NCBI GenBank assembly: GCA_963739205.1
Contig: CAVTZJ010000004.1
Span: 398,614-462,613, forward strand
DNA length: 64,000 nucleotides
From: an uncultured Pseudomonadota bacterium
GTDB lineage: Bacteria > Pseudomonadota > Gammaproteobacteria > Burkholderiales > SG8-39
Direction: 5' to 3'
Shown here: one piece after another, positions 19,515 to 29,259 of the stretch
Layout: each line of letters starts with the position of its first letter
Position numbering within the stretch: the first letter of the stretch is position 1
Made by a program: the position numbers and the translations under genes
Notes under the pieces: generated by a model
Told to the model about the DNA's origin: nothing
Seen by the model: only the letters and a program-made list of their open reading frames with translations
The model's database searches: none

Positions 19515-20037
19515 GAAGCTGATTGCCGTCTCGTCCCTCGTCGCGCTGCTAGCGGGCTGCGCCGTCCCGGGTCCCGAAACCTACCGCGACGAGAAGCCGG
19601 CCCTCGACCTGATGTCGTATTTCGACGGCACCGTCGACGCCTGGGGCCAATTCGCGGACCGCTCCGGCAAGGTGGTCAAGCGCTTCACGGTGGTGATCCG
19701 CGGCCGGGTCGAGGGCGGGACGCTCACGCTCGACGAGGACTTCAGCTATTCGGACGGCACGAAGCAGCGGCGCGTATGGACCATCCGCCGCATCGACGCG
19801 CATCGCTATGCGGGCACCGCCGCGGACGTGGTGGGTGAGGCGCGCGGCGAGGCTTGGGGCAACGCGCTGCGCTGGCAGTACGTGCTCGCGCTGGAGCTCG
19901 ACGGCAGGGTCTGGAACGTCGACTTGGACGACTGGATGTACCTGCAGCAAGGCGGCGTGATGCTGAACCGCTCCGAGATGAGCAAGCTCGGCGTGCGCCT
20001 GGGCGAAGTACTGATCGCGTTCCGCAAGCGCGGCTGA
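19507..20037 (+). CDS. DUF3833 family lipoprotein
   Basis: Lipobox LLAGC, and FDGTVDAWGQFADRSGKVVKRF...DDWMYL is a DUF3833 pattern. It overlaps the MFS gene by 8 nt. Confidence 0.7.
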   Translation: MLRKLIAVSSLVALLAGCAVPGPETYRDEKPALDLMSYFDGTVDAWGQFADRSGKVVKRFTVVIRGRVEGGTLTLDEDFSYSDGTKQRRVWTIRRIDAHRYAGTAADVVGEARGEAWGNALRWQYVLALELDGRVWNVDLDDWMYLQQGGVMLNRSEMSKLGVRLGEVLIAFRKRG

Positions 20038-20039
20038 CG

Positions 20040-20807
20040 ATGGCGCTGAATCGCATCGTGCCCGGCTGGGCGAAACGGCGGGTCTGGGTCGTGGGCGCCT
20101 CGAGCGGCATCGGCGCCGCCACCGCGGAGCTGCTGCTCGAACGCGGCGCGCGCGTCGCGGTCTCTGCGCGTAGCGCGCAGACGCTCGAGGCGCGCTTCGG
20201 GGCGCGCGCGCTCGTCGAGCCGCTCGAGGTCACCAACCACGCGGCTGTAAGGGGCGTCGCCGATCGCATCGCCGGCGCCTGGGGCGGGCTCGACCTGGTG
20301 ATCGACTTCGCCGGCAGCTACCGCGCGGCGCGCGCCTGGCAGCTCGACGCCGCCGAGGCCCGTGCGACGGTCGAGGTAAACCTGATCGGCGCACTGAACG
20401 TCGTCGCGGCGACTCAGCACCGGCTGCTTGAGCAGGGCGCGGGCGGAATCGCCCTGGTTTCCAGCGTCGCGGGCTATGCGGGCCTCCCCAACAGCCTCGT
20501 CTACGGCGCCACCAAGGCCGCGCTCATCAACCTCGCCGAGACGTTGTGGCTCGATCTGTCGCCGCTCGGCGTCTCGGTGTACCTGATCAACCCGGGCTTC
20601 GTGGAAACGCCGCTCACCGCGCAGAACCGGTTCCGCATGCCGGCGCTGATCGGCGCGGACCAGGCGGCACGCGAGATCCTCGCCGGGATCGAGCGTGGGG
20701 CGTTCGACATCCACTTTCCTAAGCGCTTCACGCGCGCCATGAAGCTGCTCAAGCTACTTCCATACCCCCTTCAATTCGCGCTTGTGCGGCGCTACACCGG
20801 CCTGTGA
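20040..20807 (+). CDS. Short-chain dehydrogenase/reductase
   Basis: VWVVGASSGIGAA (TGxxxGxG-type motif) and YGATKAAL (the YxxxK catalytic motif). Confidence 0.85.
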   Translation: MALNRIVPGWAKRRVWVVGASSGIGAATAELLLERGARVAVSARSAQTLEARFGARALVEPLEVTNHAAVRGVADRIAGAWGGLDLVIDFAGSYRAARAWQLDAAEARATVEVNLIGALNVVAATQHRLLEQGAGGIALVSSVAGYAGLPNSLVYGATKAALINLAETLWLDLSPLGVSVYLINPGFVETPLTAQNRFRMPALIGADQAAREILAGIERGAFDIHFPKRFTRAMKLLKLLPYPLQFALVRRYTGL

Positions 20808-21220
20808 GCGACGTCGCGCGCATCGTCGAGTACTTTGAGTCGCTCACGCCGGACGCGGTCGCGCGGCTAAGCGAGCATTACGCCGCCAACGCCTGGTTCA
20901 AGGACCCGTTCAACGAGGTCACCGGGCTGGAGGCCATCCGGCGCGTCTTCGCTCACATGTACCATCAGGTGGAAGAACCGCGCTTCCGGGTCACCGACCG
21001 CGTGGTCGCCGACAACGGCGCGCTGCTCGTGTGGGACTTCACCTTTCGCCTCGGGCGCCGGGCGATCGTGGTGCGCGGCGCAACGCACTTGCGCTTCAAC
21101 GGCCGCGGCAAGGTGACCTACCACCGCGACTACTGGGACACCGCAGAGGAGCTGTACGGCAAACTCCCCCTGCTCGGAACGCTCACGCGGCTGCTGCGCC
21201 GCAGGCTTGCGGCAAGCTAA
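20804..21220 (+). CDS. NTF2/SnoaL-like protein
   Basis: 138 aa, with a GTGA overlap with the SDR gene. The pattern AANAWFKDPFNEV...HRDYWD is a SnoaL-type pattern. Confidence 0.6.
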   Translation: MSDVARIVEYFESLTPDAVARLSEHYAANAWFKDPFNEVTGLEAIRRVFAHMYHQVEEPRFRVTDRVVADNGALLVWDFTFRLGRRAIVVRGATHLRFNGRGKVTYHRDYWDTAEELYGKLPLLGTLTRLLRRRLAAS

Positions 21221-21956
21221 CGAAAATGAGGTCCGATGCGCGCGAGCGCGTCGGTGACCAGGCAATTGACGCCCCAGCTGAGCAGGCGGTGAGCTGTGCG
21301 CCGGTCGTTCACGGTCCAGCACAGAAGACCGTAGTCCGCATCACGAACCGCTTCCGCGAGGTCCGGCTTGAGCGCGCCGTGGTTGCAGTGCAGCGCGATG
21401 CACTCCAGGTCCTGCATCGCCTCGCGCCACTTCTCGGGAATGCGCCCGACCAGCAGCCCGCGCGGCAGCTCCGGCGCAGCCGCCCGCGCGGCGCCGAGCG
21501 CGAGCGGCGAGAACGAGGACAGGACCGGCGGCAGCGTCGCGCCGTGCCACAGCTCGCGCGCGGCGAGCGCGACGACCTCGCCGGTGCGTCGCTCGTAGCC
21601 GGCCGCGGGCTTGATCTCGACGTTCGCCCAAAGCCCGAGCTCGCGGCAAAGGCGCGCCGCCTGCTCGAAAGTCGGGATGCGCTCGCCGCGCCACTTCCTG
21701 CCGCGCCAGGCGCCCGCGTCGAGCTCGGCGAGGCGCGCGTAGGTCGTGCGCGCCACCTCGCCGCGCGCGCCGGTCGTGCGCGCGAGGGTCTCGTCGTGTA
21801 TCAGCACCGGCGTGCCGTCGCCCGCCAGCATGACGTCGAACTCGACGCCGCGAAAACCGAGCGCGGCGCCCAGCCGAATCGCTGCGAGCGTGTTCTCGGG
21901 CGCCAGGCGCCCGCCGCCCCGGTGCGCGACGATTTTCGGATAGGGCCAGCGCGCGC

Positions 21957-21960
<4 letters not shown>
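21217..21960 (-). CDS. ugpQ: Glycerophosphodiester phosphodiesterase
   Basis: [36 protein letters not shown] and NVEIKP are GDPD-family motifs. Last gene of the ugp operon. Confidence 0.9.
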
Positions 21961-22963
<1,003 letters not shown>

Positions 22964-22964
<1 letters not shown>

Positions 22965-23812
22965 TATTTCTCCGTCTCGACGAGGCCCTTGACGAACCAC
23001 TTCTGCATCAGCACCACGACCAGCGCGGGCGGGAGCATCGCCAGGATCGCCGTGGCCATGACCAAGTTCCACTCGGTCGCCGCGTCGCCGCCGGCCATCA
23101 TGCGCTTGATGCCGATGACCGTCGTGTACATGCTCTCCTGGGTCGTGATCAGCAGCGGCCACAGGTACTGGTTCCAGCCGTAGATGAACAGGATCACGAA
23201 CAGCGCGGCGATGTTGGTGCGCGACAGCGGCAGCACCACGTCCTTGAAGAAGCGCAGCGGCCCTGCGCCGTCGATGCGCGCCGCCTCGGCCAGCTCGTCG
23301 GGAATGGTGAGGAAGAACTGGCGGAACAGGAAGGTCGCAGTCGCCGAGGCGATGAGCGGTATCGTGAGGCCCGCGTAGGAATCGAGCATGCCGAGGTCGG
23401 ACACGACCTTGAAGGTCGGGATGATGCGCACTTCGATGGGCAGCATCAGCGTGACGAAGATCATCCAGAAGAACGCGCGCCGCAGCGGAAAGCGGAAATA
23501 CACGATCGCGAACGCCGAGATGATCGAGATCGCGATCTTGCCGATCGCGATCACCAGCGCCATGACCAGGCTGTTCAGCATCATCCTGCCGACCGGCGCG
23601 CCCGAGCCGCGCGTGCTGCCGTGGGCGAGCACCGCAGCATAGTTCTCCAGCAGATGATGGCCGGGCCAAAGCTGCATCGGCACGCTCATCACCTGGTCGA
23701 AGGAAAGCGTCGAGGCGACGAAGGCGACGTACACCGGCAGCATCACCAGCGCCACGCCGGCGATCAGCACCACGTGCCGCAGGACGTCGAGAACGGGGCG
23801 GCGCTCGATCAT
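22964..23812 (-). CDS. ugpE: sn-glycerol-3-phosphate ABC transporter permease
   Basis: 282 aa with the EAA loop ([14 protein letters not shown]), in operon context. Confidence 0.9.
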
Positions 23813-23822
23813 CGGTCGACCT

Positions 23823-24704
23823 TCAATACTGCACCTTGCGCTCGACGTAGCGGAACTGGACCACGGTGAGCGCGATCACGATCAGCATCAGGATCACCGA
23901 CTGGGCGGAGGAGCCCCCGAGGTCGAACGCCTGCACGCCGTCCTGGTAGACCTTGTACACCAGGATCTGCGTCGCCTGCGCCGGCCCGCCCTGCGTCGTC
24001 GCATCGATGATCGCGAAGGTGTCGAAGAACGCGTACACCACGTTCACCACCAGGAGAAAGAACGTGGTCGGCGAGAGCAGCGGGAAGACGATCGTCCAGA
24101 AGCGCTTGAACGGCCCCGCGCCGTCGATCGCCGCCGCCTCGACGAGCGACGCCGGGATCGCCTGCAGCCCCGCGAGGAAGAACAGGAAGTTGTAGCTGAT
24201 CTGTCGCCACACCGCAGCCACGACGACCAGCAGCAGCGCCTGGCCACCGTGCAGATAATAGTTCCAGTCGACGCCGTGGGAGCGCAGCGCGTAGGCGATG
24301 ACGCCGATCGAGGGCGAGAGCAGGAACAGCCACAGCACGCCAGCCACGGCCGGCGCCACCGCATAGGGCCAGACGAGCAGCGCCTTGTAGGCGCGCGCCC
24401 CGCGCAGCACCCGGTCGGCGAACACTGCGAGCAGCAGGGATATCGCGAGACCGGAAACCGCGACCAGCGCGGAGAACATCGCCGTGACCTTGAAAGAGGA
24501 GAGGTAGACCGAGTCCTGGAACAGCGCCTTGAAATTGTCGAACCAGACGAACTGGGTCTTGGACGCGAAGGCGTCCTGCAGCAGCAGCGACCAGTACAGT
24601 GCCTGCAGCGCCGGCCAGAAGAAGAACACCAGCGTCACCGCGATCTGCGGCGCCACCAGCGCGTAAGGCAGCCAGCGGGAACTGAACTGGGCCCGCTTTT
24701 CCAT
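23823..24704 (-). CDS. ugpA: sn-glycerol-3-phosphate ABC transporter permease
   Basis: 293 aa with the EAA loop ([14 protein letters not shown]), in operon context. Confidence 0.9.
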   Translation of the reverse strand: MEKRAQFSSRWLPYALVAPQIAVTLVFFFWPALQALYWSLLLQDAFASKTQFVWFDNFKALFQDSVYLSSFKVTAMFSALVAVSGLAISLLLAVFADRVLRGARAYKALLVWPYAVAPAVAGVLWLFLLSPSIGVIAYALRSHGVDWNYYLHGGQALLLVVVAAVWRQISYNFLFFLAGLQAIPASLVEAAAIDGAGPFKRFWTIVFPLLSPTTFFLLVVNVVYAFFDTFAIIDATTQGGPAQATQILVYKVYQDGVQAFDLGGSSAQSVILMLIVIALTVVQFRYVERKVQY

Positions 24705-24732
24705 GCTCGGCGCGGCGAAGGGATGGTCGGCT

Positions 24733-24750
24733 GCGCCGCTGTTGCGGCGC
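24733..24750 (-). promoter_or_regulatory. Intercistronic GC hairpin between ugpB and ugpA
   Basis: GCGCCGC-TGTT-GCGGCGC, a 7-bp stem in the 62-nt ugpB-ugpA gap. This could be an mRNA-stabilising or attenuating stem, as is common after binding-protein genes. Confidence 0.25.
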
Positions 24751-24766
24751 GGCCCGGACCGCTACG

Positions 24767-26149
24767 CTACTCGTTCGCCTTCTGGAACCTGACCAGCAGC
24801 TCGTTGCCGCGCTTGACCGCCTCGTCGAGCGCCTGCTTGGCCGTCTTCTGGCCGTTCCACACCGATTCGAGCTCCTCGTCGATCACGTTGCGGATCTGGA
24901 CGAAGTTGCCGAGGCGCAGGCCGCGCGAGTTCGGCGTCGGCGGCTTGTTGGTGAGCTCCTTGATCGCGATGTCGAAGCCCGGGCGCTCGGTGTACAGGCC
25001 CTGCTTCTTCGCCAGCTCGTAGGCCTCAATGGTGATCGGCACGTAGCCGGTCGACTTGTGCCAGTCCACCTGGATGTCGGGCGAGGACAGGAAGGTGAAG
25101 AACTTGGCGATGCCCTTGTAGACGTCCTTGTTCTTCTGCGTCATGACCCACAGCGTCGCGCCGCCGATGATGGTGTTCTGCGGCGCCCCCTTCACACTCG
25201 GGTAATAAGGCAGAGTCCCGACGCCGAAGTCGAACTTCGCGCTCGCCTTGATGTTGGCGTACGACCCGCTCGAGGTGGTTTCCATCGCGCATTCGCCGCT
25301 CATGAACTTGCCCGTCGGCTCGTCCTTGCGCCCGGCGTACGTGAACAGCCCCTTCTTCGCCATCTCGGCGAGGTTCTTGATGTGCATCACCTGCACCGGG
25401 CCGTTGAATTCCAGCCGCGTGCCGAGCCCGCCGAACCCGTTCTGCAGGGTGGCGAAGGGGACGTTATGCCAGGCGCTGAAGCTCTCGAGCTGCACCCAGG
25501 ACTGCCAGCCGGTGGTAAATGAGCACTGTGATCCGAGTGCCTTTTGCTTTTCCTCCGCCGATGCGTCCTTCATCTTCTCGACGGCCCGCTTCCGCTTGTC
25601 AGCCGCGGCTTTCAGCTTCTCGGCGTCTCTTATTAACTCCGGCCAGGTTTTGGGAGGTTTGTTCGGATCGAGCCCTGCAGCCTTGAACGCGTCTTTGTTG
25701 ATGTAGAGCACCTGCGTCGAGCTGTTGAACGGCATCGACAGCAGGTTGCCGTGCGTATCGGAGAAGTACGAGGTGACCGCCGGCAGGTAGTCCTTCGGGT
25801 TGAACTTCTCGTGCTGCTCGGCCATCAGCTTGTACACCGGCATGACGGCGCCGTGCGCGGCCATCATGGTGGCCGTGCCGACCTCGAACACCTGCAGGAT
25901 TCCAGGCGGGTTGCCGGCGCGGTAGGCTGCGATCGCCGCGGTCATCGACTCGTCGTACTGGCCCTTGTAGACGGGCACGACCTTGTACTCCGACTGGCTC
26001 GCGTTGAACTTCTGCGCGATCTCGTTCACCTTGTCGCCGAGTGCGCCGGCCATCGAATGCCACCACTGGATCTCGGTGACCGCCTGCGCGCTGCCCGCGG
26101 CGAACATTCCCGCAGCGAGCAGGGCGATCGTCAAACGCTTCTTGCTCAT
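24767..26149 (-). CDS. ugpB: sn-glycerol-3-phosphate ABC transporter periplasmic binding protein
   Basis: 460 aa with a signal peptide. It aligns closely with E. coli UgpB as I remember it (WWHSM, NTIIGGA.LWVM, EELESVW), apart from a charged insertion of about 22 aa. Confidence 0.9.
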   Translation of the reverse strand: MSKKRLTIALLAAGMFAAGSAQAVTEIQWWHSMAGALGDKVNEIAQKFNASQSEYKVVPVYKGQYDESMTAAIAAYRAGNPPGILQVFEVGTATMMAAHGAVMPVYKLMAEQHEKFNPKDYLPAVTSYFSDTHGNLLSMPFNSSTQVLYINKDAFKAAGLDPNKPPKTWPELIRDAEKLKAAADKRKRAVEKMKDASAEEKQKALGSQCSFTTGWQSWVQLESFSAWHNVPFATLQNGFGGLGTRLEFNGPVQVMHIKNLAEMAKKGLFTYAGRKDEPTGKFMSGECAMETTSSGSYANIKASAKFDFGVGTLPYYPSVKGAPQNTIIGGATLWVMTQKNKDVYKGIAKFFTFLSSPDIQVDWHKSTGYVPITIEAYELAKKQGLYTERPGFDIAIKELTNKPPTPNSRGLRLGNFVQIRNVIDEELESVWNGQKTAKQALDEAVKRGNELLVRFQKANE

Positions 26150-26331
26150 CGTGAGTCTCCTCTCCTGAAGTTGGGCCGGGCTAGCCGGTCAGCGGGCAAT
26201 TTTATTGTTGGAAAGTTACCTTATTGCAACCGCGCTACCGGCGCGCAGTATATACCCGCGAACGCGGCTTCCGGCGATCCGGGGCTGGCGGGCTGGGTCG
26301 GGCGGCGCCTATCATGCCGTCAGGATCGGCC

Positions 26332-27732
26332 ATGAGCGAGATCCACGAACATTCCGCGGCGCAACTCGCCGATCTCTACCGGCGCGGGGCACTCTCTCCA
26401 GTCGAGGCGGCGCAGGCCCTGCTCGCGCGTATCGCGGCCTGGGAGCCGAAAATCAACGCCATGTACCGGGTGCTCGGCGAGCAAGCGCTCGCCGAAGCCA
26501 GGGCCTCGGAGGCGCGCTGGCGCGCCGGACGGCCGCTCTCGCCGCTCGACGGCGTGGCCCTGACGATCAAGGAGAACATCGCGACGGCGGGCGTGCCTTC
26601 GCCGATCGGCACGCGCGCCAACGAGGACGTGCCGCCGGCCGCCGCCGACGCGCCGCCGGCCGCGCGCCTTCGCGAGGCCGGCTGCGTGCTGCTCGGCAAG
26701 ACGACCATGCCCGACTACGGCATGCTGTCCTCCGGCCTGTCCAGCCTGCATGGCGTGACGCGCAATCCCTGGCGGCTCGAGCGCAACACCTCGGGTTCGA
26801 GCTCCGGCGCGGCGGCGTCCGCCGCCGCCGGCTACGCGCCGCTGCACCTGGGCACCGACATCGGCGGCTCGGTGCGCCTGCCGGCGACGCATTGCGGCAT
26901 CTTCGCGCTCAAGCCCTCGCTCGGGCGCGTGCCGATCTATCCGCCGTACATGGGGCGCGTCGCGGGTCCGATGACGCGCAGCGTGGCCGACGCGGCGCTC
27001 GCCCTGAACGCCATCGCGCGGCCGGACGCGCGCGACTTCATGAGCCTGCCGCCGAACGAACTCGACTACGCGGCCCGGCTGGAGGGCATCGAACTCAGGA
27101 AGCTGAAGATCGGCTTCCTGCCCGATATGCGCGCGGGCCTGCCTGTGCATCCGGAAGTTCGCGCCGCCGCGCAGGCGGCCGCCGCGGCGCTGGAGCGCGC
27201 CGGCTGCGCGGTCGAGGAGATGCCCTCCTTTCTGACAGTCGAGATGCTGGACGGGATGTGCCGCTTCTTCGAGGCGCGCTCGTACGGCGATTTCGTGCAG
27301 CTCGCGCCTGCCAGGCAGTCCAAGGTGCTGCCGTTCATCGTCGAGTGGTGCAGCTGGCGCGCGCACGCGTTCAGCGGGCGCGACGTGATGCAGGCGCTCG
27401 GCCAGGTGATGGCGATGCGCGAGGCGGCGGTCGCCGCCAGCCAGCGCTACGACTTCGTCGTCTCGCCGGTCTCGCCCATCCTGCCCTACGAGGCCGAGAG
27501 CGCCGCGCCCGGCGACGACCCGCGCAATGCGCTGGCGCACATCGCCTTCACCGTGCCCTACAACATGTCCGAGCAGCCGGCTGCCTCGCTCAACTGGAGC
27601 TACGCGCGCGACGGCATGCCGATCGGCGTGCAACTCGTCGGCCGGCGCTTCGACGACCTCGGCGTGCTGCGCCTGGCGCGCGCGCTCGAGGACCTGCGCC
27701 CGCCGCAGAAGGCATGGCCCGACTTGCACTGA
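26332..27732 (+). CDS. Amidase-signature family amidase
   Basis: MSEIHEHSAAQLADLYRRG..., GGSSSGAAAS-type signature (GSSSGAAASAAAGY), DIGGSVRLPA. Confidence 0.85.
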   Translation: MSEIHEHSAAQLADLYRRGALSPVEAAQALLARIAAWEPKINAMYRVLGEQALAEARASEARWRAGRPLSPLDGVALTIKENIATAGVPSPIGTRANEDVPPAAADAPPAARLREAGCVLLGKTTMPDYGMLSSGLSSLHGVTRNPWRLERNTSGSSSGAAASAAAGYAPLHLGTDIGGSVRLPATHCGIFALKPSLGRVPIYPPYMGRVAGPMTRSVADAALALNAIARPDARDFMSLPPNELDYAARLEGIELRKLKIGFLPDMRAGLPVHPEVRAAAQAAAAALERAGCAVEEMPSFLTVEMLDGMCRFFEARSYGDFVQLAPARQSKVLPFIVEWCSWRAHAFSGRDVMQALGQVMAMREAAVAASQRYDFVVSPVSPILPYEAESAAPGDDPRNALAHIAFTVPYNMSEQPAASLNWSYARDGMPIGVQLVGRRFDDLGVLRLARALEDLRPPQKAWPDLH

Positions 27733-29252
27733 TCCTCGTCGCCCTCGCGGCCGTGCTGCCGGCGCAGGCGGCGAAGGTGATCCGCATCGCGCCGCAGTCG
27801 AACCTCGCGGTGCTCGATCCGTTCTGGACCACCGCGACCGTGACGCGCACGCACGGCTATATGATCTACGACACGCTGTTCGGCACCGATGCCGAAGGCC
27901 GCATCCGGCCGCAGATGGTCGATACCTGGAGCACGTCGAAGGATCGGCTCACCTGGACCTTCACGCTGCGAAAGGGGCTGGCGTTCAGCGACGGCCAGCC
28001 GGTCACGAGCCGCGACGTGATCGCCTCGCTCGAGCGCTGGGCGAAGCGCGACAATCTCGGCCAGAAGCTCGCCGCGGCGCTCGATCGCTGGGAGGCGGTC
28101 GACGCGCACCGCTTTCGCCTGCACCTGAAGGCGCCCTTCGGCCTGGTGCTCGAGGCGCTCGGCAAGGAAGGCGCCAACGTGCCCTTCATCCTGCCGGCGC
28201 GCGTCGCGGCCACGCCGATCGACCAGCAGATCGAGGACACCACCGGCTCCGGCCCCTACGTCTTCGACAGAGCGGCTTGGCGTCCTGGAGCGATCGTCGT
28301 GTACCGCAGGAACCCGCTCTACAAGCCGCGGCCGGAGCCGCCTTCGGGCACCGCGGGCGGCAAGCGCGTGTACGTCGACCGCGTCGAGTGGCACATCCTG
28401 CCCGACGCGCAGACGCAGGTGAACGCGCTGCTGCGCGGCGAGATCGACCTGCTCGAGCAGCCGGCGCACGAGCACTACGCGAGGCTGCGCGCCGACCCGC
28501 ACATCCGCGTCTACGACAACCGCTACGGCGCGCAGGTGCTCCTGCGCTTCAATCAGCTCGCGCCGCCGTTCGACGACGTGCGTCTGCGGCGCGCGGCGCT
28601 GGTGGCGCTCGCGCAGGAGCCGTTCCTCAGGGCGCAGTACGTCTCGCCGGAGCTCTATAGGCCCTGCCGCTCGGTGTACCCTTGCGGCACGCCTTACCAG
28701 ACCGACGCGGGCATGCAGGGGCTGCTCGAGGGCGACTTCCGGCGCGCGCGTCAAATGCTGAAGGACGCGGGATACAGCGGCGCGCCGGTGGTGATCCTGC
28801 AGCCGACCGACCTCGCGACCATCGCGCGGCTACCGGTGGTCGCCGCCCAGCAGCTGCGCCAGGCCGGCTTCAAGGTCGAGCTGCAGTCGATGGACTGGCA
28901 GACGCTCGTCTCGCGCCGACAGAAAAAGGAAGGCTGGAGCATCTTCCTCACCACCTTCAACGGCCTGGACCTCGAGAACCCGGTGGTCAACCCGGCGATG
29001 AACGCGAGCTGCGGCGAGGCCTGGCCGGGATGGCCGTGCGACCAGAAGCTCGAGGCGTTGCGCGCGGATTTCCTGAAAGCGGCGAACGAAACTGAGAAAA
29101 AGCGCATCGCGGCGATGGCCCAGGAGCGCGCGCTCGAGATCGGCACCCACGCGCCGCTTGGCGAGTACTTCCAGCCGGTCGCTGCGCGCGACGACATCGC
29201 CGGCTACCTGAACGCGCCGGTCTACCTCTACTGGAACCTGGACAGGAAGTGA
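27714..29252 (+). CDS. ABC transporter substrate-binding protein, family 5 (peptide/nickel type), paralogue 1
   Basis: Signal peptide MARLALILVALAAVLPAQA. It is similar over its whole length to the protein at 30833-32416. It sits in the second half of the artefactual 1015-aa track ORF. Confidence 0.85.
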   Translation: MARLALILVALAAVLPAQAAKVIRIAPQSNLAVLDPFWTTATVTRTHGYMIYDTLFGTDAEGRIRPQMVDTWSTSKDRLTWTFTLRKGLAFSDGQPVTSRDVIASLERWAKRDNLGQKLAAALDRWEAVDAHRFRLHLKAPFGLVLEALGKEGANVPFILPARVAATPIDQQIEDTTGSGPYVFDRAAWRPGAIVVYRRNPLYKPRPEPPSGTAGGKRVYVDRVEWHILPDAQTQVNALLRGEIDLLEQPAHEHYARLRADPHIRVYDNRYGAQVLLRFNQLAPPFDDVRLRRAALVALAQEPFLRAQYVSPELYRPCRSVYPCGTPYQTDAGMQGLLEGDFRRARQMLKDAGYSGAPVVILQPTDLATIARLPVVAAQQLRQAGFKVELQSMDWQTLVSRRQKKEGWSIFLTTFNGLDLENPVVNPAMNASCGEAWPGWPCDQKLEALRADFLKAANETEKKRIAAMAQERALEIGTHAPLGEYFQPVAARDDIAGYLNAPVYLYWNLDRK

Positions 29253-29259
29253 GCCGCGC

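Noticed and set aside
26150-26331. A Pho box upstream of ugpB, since ugp operons are classically PhoB-regulated.
   Set aside because: The gap is AT-rich (…TTGCAATAAGGTAACTTTCCAACAATAAAATTGCC… on the ugpB strand), but I could not align a convincing pair of CTGTCAT-type direct repeats at 11-bp phasing.
26205-29252. A 1015-aa ORF that looks like one giant protein.
   Set aside because: Its first ~500 codons are Arg/Ala/Gly-rich low-complexity sequence overlapping the genuine amidase in another frame. Only the part from the Met at 27714 (signal peptide plus a family-5 binding protein) is real. High GC suppresses stop codons in off-frames.
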